DNA from: Enoplolaimus lenunculus
Lineage: Eukaryota
Assembly: GCA_030248215.1 (NCBI GenBank)
Contig: JASANG010000245.1
Span: 248,001-312,000, forward strand
Length of the DNA: 64,000 nucleotides
Reading direction: 5' to 3'
Part shown: one piece after another, positions 13,501-22,795 of the stretch
Position numbering within the stretch: position 1 is the stretch's first letter
Layout of the letters: each line of letters starts with the position of its first letter
The notes under the pieces: model-generated
Told to the model about the DNA's origin: nothing
Databases searched by the model: none
What the model saw: the letters and a program-made list of their open reading frames with translations, nothing else
Translations under genes and position numbers: made by a program

Positions 13501-16073
13501 ATGTCGGCGTTGATACGTCTACTTTAGTTTAGGCAGAGTTTACAACTCACAAAGCTTCAGCTTCTAACAACACCAATATTGTGGCGTTTAAATTTTATCG
13601 AGTTATAGAATTATTTTCATAACCAACGGAAAACACAATTTCTTCTTTTTCTATTTTCTCCTTCTAAAATCTTTTCATATTTAAAATCCCAACAAAATTT
13701 CCTTTTTATTTGCTATAAATTCCATTATTAAACTCTCCCCCCTCTTTTTCCCTCGCTATTATTTGCATTCATTTGTGGATCCAGAGGGGGTGTGCTTTCC
13801 CCCCCAAAAACTTTACAAAAAAACATAAAACAAAATTCCTTTTCATAATATTCCCCCCCCCCCCCCCCGCTTTATATTTCATCTTCCCCCCCCCCCTCTT
13901 ATATTTTCCGCCCCCCCCAATAAAATAAAAAAACACAAATTCTCCCCCCCCCCCCCACACCATACTTTTTTTTTTCCTTACCCACCCAACCAACCCATTT
14001 TCTACTCTCTCCCCCCCCCTTTTTAGCCCTCCTGTACAAAAAGCATTTTTTCGCGAACATCACGACACCCTCCCCCAGCCGATGCACCAACCCCCTCCCC
14101 CCCCAGGAATACGCTTAATCTACTATTAACGCCGCTAAATGTAACGTTGTCCGTTTTACGGATAATTATTAAATAGTAAATAAATTTCGTCATGATTTCA
14201 GGTTTGGAATATGGGAATGGTACTTTGTTGGGCCGGATATGGTTAAGCAAAATTGTCATGTTCAAGAGGAAGTATGTACGCTGCCTGAACAAGCTCATTT
14301 GTTTTCGGTAAGTTTGCCAATTTGCGAATGTTTTAATATACTTGTACAGTTTTTGAGTATTAAACGTAATCAGATCAAAAATGATATGGCATGTGAGAAT
14401 GTGAGACATGCTTGTCCTAGTGCATATGCAATAAATACAATGCACATTGTGTTGTATGCTTGCTGGTAGGGTAAAGGTCGACATATAGTCAACGATATAA
14501 GCAGTTGGAGAGGCGGGCTACGTGGAGCAGGGGTAGAGTGCTCGCTTAATGATCCGTAGGCTGAGAGTTCGATCGCCGCTCCGGAGGCCCGCTTTTCCAG
14601 CTGGTTTTAGTAGAAAGGTATGAAGTCCTGGTTCCTACCTAGACTGGCATGGTATACGGACCCGAAGTGTTAAATTTGTGCTGTTTCAAAGCGATCAATT
14701 TTAGTGAAACTAAAGATCAGCGTCAATTTACGTTTGAATCAGCGGCGAATGTAAAGAATAGGGGTGGAACAGTATTATAAGCATATTTCTGAGCCAAAGC
14801 CTAAGCGCAACAATGAGCATATTCCTTAAGCCTAAGCCTAAGCCTAAGCGTAAGAATGAGCATATTCCTAAGCCTAAGCCTAAGCGTAAGAATAAGAATG
14901 AGCATATTTCTAAGCCTAAGCCTAAGCCTAAACCTGAGCCAAGCAAACAAAATTAGACTAAAGTTTAAGTTTACTCTATTGCAGTCCCATAGAAAAACGT
15001 TCCGCCCCTTATCTTTACGTGGGCCGAATCAGCAAAGGCAGCTTTCAAGTCTTCAACAGACAAGTTTAGCATCACCGTTGGAGATTGTTCGTAAAATTCT
15101 GCTGAATTTTTATTAGAATTCCGACAGTTTCGCTGACAAAATCAGACGAAAATACAGAGAAATTTCAACGCAAGTTGAACACGTATTTCATATGCCATTA
15201 CATATTGTTTTGGCGTTGTTCTTGGCAAGTTTCGCAACATTTATCGGTAAGTAAAAAATACTATCATGTATTTTTTTATTAGTTGCTACAGTTTCTTGAA
15301 ATTCAAACGGAACAAACCGCAGCGTATTGTATTAATCGGCCATGTTATTTTTAGGGACGTTCCGGTTTCTGGTGGGTCTATAAAAGAGCAGGTTTAGATC
15401 CTAGATCATATTTTTTTGCATAGATTTAGGCTTAGGCTTAGGCTAAGGATTAGGAATACACTTTTGCAACGCTTAGGTTTAGGCTTACGCATAGGAGTAC
15501 GCTAAATCTACTGTTACGCCCCTAAAGTAACATTGGCCCATAATCTATGCTCTTGTACATTCTTCGCATATTTTGGCCTAAAAGTTAAGTTTATGGATAG
15601 GTTCAGGCCTAGGCTCAATGTCATGCCTAGTGTATATCAGGTACGCTCTTATAAACCAGCGTGCTAAATTTATAAAAAGCTGAAACTTTTAACACAGATA
15701 TATCGATATATTAAAGCTGGAACGCCATACATAGGTATTTTGGGCAATTTTCTAGCTTAATGTGTTTACAATACTAGTTCTAAGAGCAGAAACGTGATTG
15801 TTCTCTGAAAATAAAATTTGCATACAGATCGTTGTACATTCGCTAACTTTTGTGCATTGCGCAAAACTGGTTGACTAGTAATATATATTTGTATTTTGAT
15901 TTGTTATAGTGCTTGTTGCACTATGTTGCATGTATTATCACGGTATGTTATGTAACGAAACTAAACGTAAAATGCGCTACAGTCAACTGTTGGATCCAAA
16001 CGATGCTGCGAAACATGGCGATCAGATGAAATCCCTTGCGGCAACTGCAGAAGACGATGAAGAGTTTGATTAA
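7576..16073 (+). CDS. Orphan type-I single-pass membrane glycoprotein, ~427 aa, 8 exons (7576-8034, 9586-9714, 10846-11025, 12032-12082, 12947-13011, 14202-14307, 15117-15246, 15910-16073)
   Basis: All 7 introns are GT-AG with compatible phases (0,0,0,0,2,0,1) and the frame stays open to TAA at 16071-16073. The protein has a signal peptide (MLPNIMLQVLVVVIVHNPLLAATA), an RAKR dibasic site, an S/T/P-rich stretch, 14 Cys, a TM helix (IVLALFLASFATFIVLVALCC) and the tail KRKMRYSQLL...AEDDEEFD. Confidence 0.85.
8080..8442. mobile_element. hAT-like MITE (CAGGGT termini, 8-bp TSD)
   Basis: cagggtac...tgcaccctg; TSD gtgagtac at 8072-8079 and 8443-8450; subterminal (ctccgg)n. Relatives near 4195, 24593-24730 and 32065. 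Confidence 0.85.
10513..10804. mobile_element. Foldback/palindromic MITE with ~100-bp arms
   Basis: gttcacaataaaaaatttcattttgccacc (~10518) is inverted at ggtggcaaaatgaaattttttattgtgaac (~10769); pairing continues inward. Confidence 0.8.
11096..11306. mobile_element. CACTG-ended MITE (CMC/CACTA-like) with internal GAGTC..GACTC palindromic repeats
   Basis: TIRs (t)actgcaaaaaaatggtg / gccattttttgcagtg, flanked by TA. Partial copies near 1557-1650, 2039-2175, 20690-20825, 21435-21525 and 22270-22396. Confidence 0.8.
13057..13472. mobile_element. hAT-like MITE (8-bp TSD)
   Basis: tagggttcca...tggaaccctg; TSD ctaatcac at 13049-13056 and 13473-13480; subterminal ggaatc repeats. Confidence 0.88.
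14513..14596 (+). ncRNA. tRNA-like / Pol III type-2 small RNA candidate or SINE head
   Basis: A-box-like TGGAGCAGGGG, B-box-like GAGTTCGATCG, 7-bp terminal stem gcgggct/ggcccgc immediately followed by TTTT; cloverleaf is non-canonical. Confidence 0.45.
14744..15025. mobile_element. TTAGGC-bearing MITE with 8-bp TSD (intronic)
   Basis: TSD gaatcagc at 14736-14743 and 15026-15033; several perfect (gcctaa)n runs. Confidence 0.9.
15338..15538. mobile_element. TTAGGC-bearing MITE (intronic)
   Basis: TIRs ggccatgttattttt / aaagtaacattggcc; internal ttaggc array. Confidence 0.8.
15703..15878 (+). mobile_element. Non-autonomous Helitron
   Basis: 5' A|TC start (tcgatatattaaagctggaacgcc), 3' hairpin ttgtgcattgcgcaa then CTAG|T; no TSD. 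Confidence 0.8.
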
Positions 16074-16198
16074 AATACCTTTTTTAAAATTTATTTTTAA
16101 ATTTTTTCATTTGGTTTCATTAAAAAATCAGCAAACACCTGCAGCTGTTGCCTTAACGTAAAGCCTACACATAAAGCGTTATCCTAAGCCTAAACATA

Positions 16199-16535
16199 GA
16201 CTGCAAAAAATGGTGAGTGTAATTGACTCTGTCTGAAATTGAATTTTCGCGACTACGCGAACTGTAGTCAAATTCGACTCACTGAGCGACTGGGGTGAGT
16301 CAAATTCGACTCACTGAGCGACTGGGGTGAGTCAAATTTGACTCCGCCAGAGTCAAACGTGCGACTCAGTGAAACGAATTTGACTCTCTGGCGGAATCGA
16401 ATTTTGACACAATTTGTGTCGTCCCGAAAAGCATATTTCGGGGACAGTCGGCGGAGTCGAATTTTGACACAATTTGTGTAATCCCGAAAACCATATTTTT
16501 GAGACAGTCCATTTGATTCACCATTTTTTGCAGTG
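16199..16535. mobile_element. CACTG-ended MITE with internal tandem duplications
   Basis: TIRs gactgcaaaaaatggtgag / ccattttttgcagtg; repeated agtcaaattcgactcactgagcgactggggtg units; nested inside a gcctaa remnant. Confidence 0.8.
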
Positions 16536-16660
16536 TAAAGCGTTGTTCTCAGCCTAAGCGTACTGAAATCCTTCAACTGCCTTGTATAAATTAAATAGAC
16601 GCCGATCTAAAGCCCAGAAAAGAAATACTGTCTTATCTTGTGAAATGTCATATGGAAATG

Positions 16661-16838
16661 GTCCAATGTTACTTTAAAGGGCGTAACAGTAGATCAAGCG
16701 TATTTCTAAGCCTAAGCGTTGCAAAAAAGAGTTCCTAAGCCTAAGCCTAAGCCTAAGCAAAAAATGTAATCTAGAATGTAAACTTACTCTTTTATAGACC
16801 CACTAGAAACCTGGCCGCCCTTTAAAGTAACATGGGCC
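16661..16838. mobile_element. TTAGGC-bearing MITE
   Basis: TIRs gtccaatgttactttaaagggcg / cgccctttaaagtaacatgggcc; flanks tggaaatg / gggaaatg match 7 of 8. Confidence 0.85.
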
Positions 16839-17329
16839 GGGAAATGTACTATTTTTGAACCAATGCATAAAAATTATCGGACAGTTTTCACAATTTAATA
16901 AACAAATTAGTGAAAATATACGTTCAATAAATCGTATGTCAACAGTGATTGCTTTATTTTAAATGTATAAATAAAAGTTTTATTGTTTACAAAGTGGATT
17001 CTCATGTTTGGGAACAGATTGTTTACTGTGCGCATAGTCAAAAACATTAATTGAAAAATAACTAAAGCCATATTCACACGTGCAAGTTTTTGTTGCGAGA
17101 ACATGCAGCTGCAAATTGCACTTATTTGTTTTGTCGAAAATCCCAATCGAAAAACTTGCAGTAGCAAGCAAACAATTTCAACACGGGGACAGATAGGAAT
17201 AAGTACTTCGGAAGAAAGTGAAATATGTGTCAGAAAAGCCAACCAAATTTATCATCATAAGACAATTAACTGGGACAGGAAACCCAATGGCAGCGGTAAA
17301 TCGCGGAAATAGATACTTATAAGTTTTAT

Positions 17330-17600
17330 GGCCCATGTATAGAACAGTGCCGGATCGTTTTCCGGAGGGGCTATAATAGAGTCACAGTTTAAGCTTCAGA
17401 TTAATTTTTTTGCTTAGGCTTAGGCTTTTAGGCTTAGGAATAGGCTCATCCGTACGTTTAGGCTTAGGCTTAGAAATAGGCTCATCCATACGTTTAGGCT
17501 TAGGCTTAGGCTTAGGAATAGGCTCATCCATATGTTTAGGCTTAGGCTTAGGCTTAGGAATATGCTTATACTGCTGTCCGGCACTGTTCTATACATGGCC
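17330..17600. mobile_element. TTAGGC-bearing MITE with 8-bp TSD
   Basis: TIR ggcccatgtatagaacagtgccgga and its inverse; TSD agttttat at 17322-17329 and 17601-17608. Confidence 0.92.
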
Positions 17601-17767
17601 AGTTTTATGGTCATCCACACGGGAGTTTCAGGTGAAGGAACGTTGAAATAAAACCACTTAATAGTTTTTTTACGAAGCGGAACCAGTGCCACGCGAGGTG
17701 GCATAAACCATTGTCCACTGTTTTACGGTCATTTTTTCTGTTTTTTGTACGAAGTCTTAAATATTTC

Positions 17768-17973
17768 GGCCAATGTAAACAACAAAGGTGGAACAGTATT
17801 ATAAACATATTCCTTAACCTAAGCCTAAGCCTAAGCGTAAGATTGAGAATGAGTTTATTTTTAAGCCTAAATCGAAGCCTATTTAAGCCAAACAAAAAAT
17901 TAGTCTAAAGCTTAAAAGTTACTGTGATCTAATGCTACAAATGAACGTTCCGCTCCTGATCTTTACATCGGCC
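17768..17973. mobile_element. TTAGGC-bearing MITE with 8-bp TSD
   Basis: TSD aatatttc on both sides. Confidence 0.88.
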
Positions 17974-18440
17974 AATATTTCATATTTTTACGCAAAAGTG
18001 TGAACTTTTGAAACTGTACGAGTGTAAATATTCTTCCATTACAATATGTAAATGGGGTTGTGCGTATTCATTCCCCCATCGCGATTTTGGATCATTTGCT
18101 GCGTCCCTGTGTTGTATTTTGAAGCAGCTTCGTAAATTAACCTTGAAGGTAAACCCAAAGGTTGCGCTATACTTTAGTCTGCCACACGCCGGCGTGTACC
18201 GCCGTACGCCGCTATGCGTTGCTAACATACAAGCAAAATCTATTTGTCGGCACGCACCGGTATCCGGCGGTACGTGGCGTCGATTCTAAAGTTACCTTTT
18301 ACCTTTGCATACCTTCATGTTTCTTGACTTCGTCTGCATAATGCAAATCCTGGCCGCGCCCGAGGTCAGCAACAAGGAATGGTTACTAGAGGTTGAATGT
18401 CGAATTAAAGGGTGGGCAGTGAAATTTTTTCCTAAATATA

Positions 18441-18652
18441 CACTGCAAAAAATGCTGACTCAAATTGACTGTCACTGAAATAAGCCTAGACAAACTGAAT
18501 CAAATTCGACTCACTGTAGCAACTCGGGTGGGTCATATTTGACTGTGAAGGAGTCGAATTTGACTCTGGCGGCGTCTAATTTGACTCAGTTTGTGTAGTC
18601 CGGAAACGCTTATTTCGGAGAGAGTCAATTTGAGTCACCATTTTTTGCTGTG
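18441..18652. mobile_element. CACTG-ended MITE
   Basis: TA|cactgcaaaaaatgc ... ccattttttgctgtg|TA. Confidence 0.8.
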
Positions 18653-18959
18653 TAGCAATATTTTAATTCTGTCTATGAAATGTGATTTCGGCAACGAAAA
18701 GGATGAAGTTCGTTGTCGTGTAGTATTTGAAGAATACGTCACAAAATCCTATTTGTCTCCTATAAAATTGGATATTTCAATCTGTTTGATATTTACAGAA
18801 GTTCAGGAGGTTTTTGTAGCTGTTTTGCGTGTTGCGTTTTTTAGTCCGTTGTAAAAGTCGAAAACAACTGCAATTTTTAAAATTCAAACAACAAATAACA
18901 GTTTCCATATTATAAAATTTTCAGCAATAAAACGTATTAATTGCAGGTATACTTCATTT

Positions 18960-19173
18960 GGCCAATGTATACTTTTAGGGGCGTAACAGTAGATTATTAA
19001 GCGTATTGCTAAGTCTTAGAGTAAGCCTAAGCGTTGCAAAAATATGTTCCTAAGCCTAAGCCTAAGCCTAAGCCTAAGCATAAGCCTATGCAAACAAAAC
19101 GCAGTCTAGAATCTAAACATACTCTTTTATAGACCCACCAGAAACCTGGACGGCCCTCAAAGTACTATTGGCT
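18960..19173. mobile_element. TTAGGC-bearing MITE with 8-bp TSD, just upstream of the riboflavin transporter
   Basis: TSD cttcattt at 18952-18959 and 19174-19181. Confidence 0.88.
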
Positions 19174-19317
19174 CTTCATTTTGGCGTTTCAGCTGTAAAA
19201 ACTTCACATATATGTAGGCAGTTGAATAACTTATCAAATCGCTTATCATTTATCAGATTTCAAATATTTTTAAAATCGTCACCATTTAAAAATCACTCAA
19301 CTACAGTTGAACCAAAT

Positions 19318-21753
19318 ATGAAACTCACTTTCAAATCATTTCCTTCAAAACTCGACGTTTTGTTTTACTGTTGCGTCGCTGCGTTTGGTGCGTCAACTTG
19401 GATTGATTTAAACGGAGTCTGGGTTGAACTTCCGCTGATCGTTCATCAGTTACCGGAAGGATGGTCGCTACCCTCGTATTTAGCCATTATTGCCCAAATC
19501 GCCAGCGTTAGTCCTTTGGCGTTCAGTCTGTTTCGGCATTATCGTACGGATACGGTAGAGACGCATTTAACTAAACTGATCGTTGGGATGCTGTGTGCAA
19601 ACGCCGGCTTCACCCTGGTACTCGCTGGGACGTGGCACCTGACCGCACAGGTCGTGGGAGCGACCCGTAGCGTGGCGATGTTTGGTGTTTTTCTTGCATT
19701 ATCATTAATCGACTGTCTATCAAGTGTTGTCTACTTACCTTGGATGTCCCGACTGAAACCGCAGTATATGACGGCGTATTTTGTCGGCACCGGTTTAAGC
19801 AGCCTTCTGCCAAGTGTTCTATCATTAATTCAGGGTGCCGGCCATTTTCGATGCGTTACAGTACCATTATTAGCTTCAAATCAGACTAAGCTTAACGCAA
19901 ATGACAACACCGTCTCGAATGATTCTTTGAGTTCAACAGCGATAGAATCAAGCGAAATGTATCCTGTTCAATTATCAGTTGTTTTTGGAACTCGTGTAAT
20001 GTTTATACTCCTGTTTGCAGTGTTATGCATATCAACGGTAGCGTTTTTGTTTCTTGCGTATAGTCGAGTTGGAGTGCGAGCAAGAGTTGTGACCGATACA
20101 GCGTTCAGTTCAATTGAATGGAACGTTGAACCAGAATACGCTCGCAGGCCTCGTGTGCCAAGCACGGCAACGTCTCCAGTTGCTAAAGACACGTTCTTTG
20201 ACAACGTTTCAGCTAACTCAACACGTGAAAGCACCGCAATTAATACAGTTCGAGAAGGAACTGAATCTGATCCAGGTAGCTTGGTAAGATCAACGTTGTT
20301 TCGGTCTAAGTTTCCGAGCACAAGTTTGACTGAAATCGGCAATTACGTTACGTTGCTGGTTATCGCAGGGTACACTTGTGCGATTATGAACGGGGTTCTG
20401 CCTTCAATTCAATCTTACGCATGCTTACCTTATGGTCAAGTGACTTATTATTTGTCAGCGTGTTTGTCTGCAATTGCGAACCCGTTAGGTTCGTTTGCAT
20501 CTGCGTTTGTTACACTTAATCGCACGCTGTACATTGTGATTATCTCGCTAATTGTTTCTGCAATAACGGCGTATATTCTCGCCAATGCTGCAATGAGTCC
20601 GACTCCGATGCTTTTGCACACGTCGTACGGACAGAGCTTAATGGTGAGTCGTTTTACTTAGTTGCACTAGCGGATCCAGAGAGATCGCTGAGTCAAAATT
20701 CAACTCCGTCAGAGTTAAATTGAGACGAATTTGACTCAGGCGGAGTCGAATTTTGACTCAGTTTGTGTAGTTATTAAAAGGCTATTTCGGAAAGAGTCAA
20801 TTTGACTTACCATTTTTTTGCAGTGTAGGGTAGCATTTTAAACTGTGTATAGGTTCCTTATGTTCACATTTTCAATTGTGCACTTTTAAAACCTATCGCT
20901 AGTTGTAATTATAGGCTGTCTAATAGTGAAGCTGCGATCTTTAGTTTATTTTATGCTAAGGGGGTTTAGTTATTCACAATTGTCGCGGGTGGCGTCTTTG
21001 AAAATCTGCTATTAATTGTTCATAGAGGTACACGCAGTCTAGTATGCTGATCATAGCACCTTTTGTTGATATACAGGCTTTGGTAACGTTTTAAAACAAT
21101 TTAGCTAAAACAAGAGTGGATGATGCATACTTCAACAAGAGCATGCAACTGGGTACATTCTGTGTAGAATAGAATGTTACCCGGCCCGCGGTGCGTTTTC
21201 GCCCTTCTCCGCTTTATTTAGAGGGGGTAAAACCGGTGCGAACCATGACACTTTATGTATCCGTCAACAAAAGTGATCCACTTTAAAGGTATTGCATGTA
21301 ACATTGACCCCTCCCCCTGTAAACAACGGGGTCGGCCAAAAACGCAACGACCGGTGGTACATTTTGTACAATGCGAAACCGCAAGAGTTGCACACTCTTG
21401 TATTATGCACTCTTGTTAAACATGATACTAATTTCTCTGACGGAGTCGAATTTTGACACAGTTTGTGTAGTCCGCAAAAGTCTATTTCGGAGCGAGTCAA
21501 TTTGACTCTACCATTTTTGCAGTGTATATTTAGATTTGTATTTAAGGTCATCTCATGGATAGTCGTGGTTGGTTTGTGTGCGTGGTTACGGACAGTAATA
21601 GCAAAGGTTATTCGTTGTTACCCGTTATCATCGCCAGCCACTGGTTTATTTCACTGTGGGATTTCTACTCAAATTGGATCTTTCATTGGTGCCGTCATAA
21701 TATTTCCGTTGGTCAATGTTGCAAAGCTATTTGAAGCAGCATCGTTATGCTAA
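19318..21753 (+). CDS. SLC52A: Riboflavin transporter, SLC52/RFVT family (rft-like), ~510 aa, exons 19318-20643 and 21547-21753
   Basis: Hallmark motifs are present: FGASTWIDLNGVWVELPLIVHQLPEGWSLPSYL, DCLSSVVYLPWM, YFVGTGLSSLLPSVLSLIQG, NGVLPSIQSYACLPYG, AAMSPTP and C-terminal CGISTQIGSFIGAVIIFPLVN..LF...C. Junction ATG|gtgagt..tttaag|GTC is phase 0. The likely start is ATG 19318, behind a ctacag acceptor at 19306. Confidence 0.95.
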
Positions 21754-22594
21754 TTAATATATGTCGGCCAGTTTTGCAGTGCGCGTATTCTTGTATATAC
21801 GGCAATCAATTCTAATAGACGGCTAGGTTGCTATGACCCGTAATAATATTTCTAAATATCTACTGTTGTTCCTTTAGGTCGAATACATGCTATCTGGTAC
21901 AGGTTGTATATCTAAGTTTTTGCAACACCATTTTGTAGAATACTGAGATTTTAAGAAATACCGTATTTCCTTAGAAGAGCCTAAATTTCGGTTGCACCCA
22001 TAGGCGGATTCAAAAATTTCTGACGGCAGGGCTGGCTGGCAAATGTTATGAAACGCAAAAATTGTAAGCTAGAGACTTCATTATTTTATGACCAAAAAAT
22101 TTTTTGAGGGAGAAAAATAGTGGTCGCACCTCGTGGTTCAGTTATTCTCACGTTTGTTCGAAAACAACGGTCCTGATATATCGACATTTCATATGGTGTA
22201 CAAGGTGTTTTATGGTCTTGTGTTAACGAAACAGGTATTTGTTGTAAATGATAATATATTTAAATAATTCAGTTTTTCTTCGACTCACCCGAGTCGTACA
22301 GTGAGTCGAATGGCGGAATCGAATTTTACTCAGTTTGTGTAGTCCCTTAGAGCTTATTTCGGAGAGAGCCAATTTGACTCACCATTGTTTGCAATGTTTA
22401 TTCCGCTTAAAGTATCCCTTTTAGAATTGGCGGTTCGGCAGCGAAGTGTAACGCTGGCTCATTTCTGCAGTTGAATTTAATTGAAAACTAAATTTGTGGT
22501 TGACTTTAAAATTTTAACCACAAATTGATACGAAATTAAACTTTGGGTTCGCGTGCCTGCTACTGTAAAATGCTCATAATTTTTGACATAAAAG

Positions 22595-22795
22595 AAAAAT
22601 ACGGATGAAGGTGTGCAGAAAATTGTCAAACGAGTAAGAAATTTGGCTGTATGCATATATAAACTTTTTGGAAACGAAATATTCTGCAGTGTCAGTTGCA
22701 ATAAGTAACAAACTTATTATTTCATGGGGCAAACTGCAATCTGCAGGGATTGCGCAACGATTTTTCTGTTCCGTTTTTATAAAGCCGTTTACATA
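22595..22795. repeat. Dispersed repeat, second copy at ~26010-26180
   Basis: Shared ttggctgtatgcata..aaatattctgcagtg..aagtaacaaa..tttctgttccgttt block. Confidence 0.7.

Noticed and set aside
13600..14120. Poly-C / poly-A rich tract as a G-quadruplex or regulatory island (similar at ~38870-38930)
   Set aside because: The irregular homopolymer inflation looks like low-quality consensus over a GC-rich MITE and cannot be trusted without reads.
14744..15025. TTAGGC arrays as a true telomere or chromosome-fusion scar
   Set aside because: The arrays are short, occur in both orientations and are enclosed by TIRs with TSDs.
16260..16500. CRISPR-like repeat array (also 29100-29900 and 53023-53340)
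   Set aside because: There are no unique spacers and no cas genes; the context is eukaryotic and the repeats are internal to transposon-like elements.
17410..17908. ORFs rich in LGLGLG / LSLSLS / RLRLRL (also 14728-15116, 55896-56583, 61627-62063)
   Set aside because: They are translations of (TTAGGC)n inside MITEs, not proteins.
19168..19317. N-terminal extension of the 497-aa transporter ORF from a TTG start
   Set aside because: The TTG lies in a MITE TIR; family similarity begins after ATG 19318.
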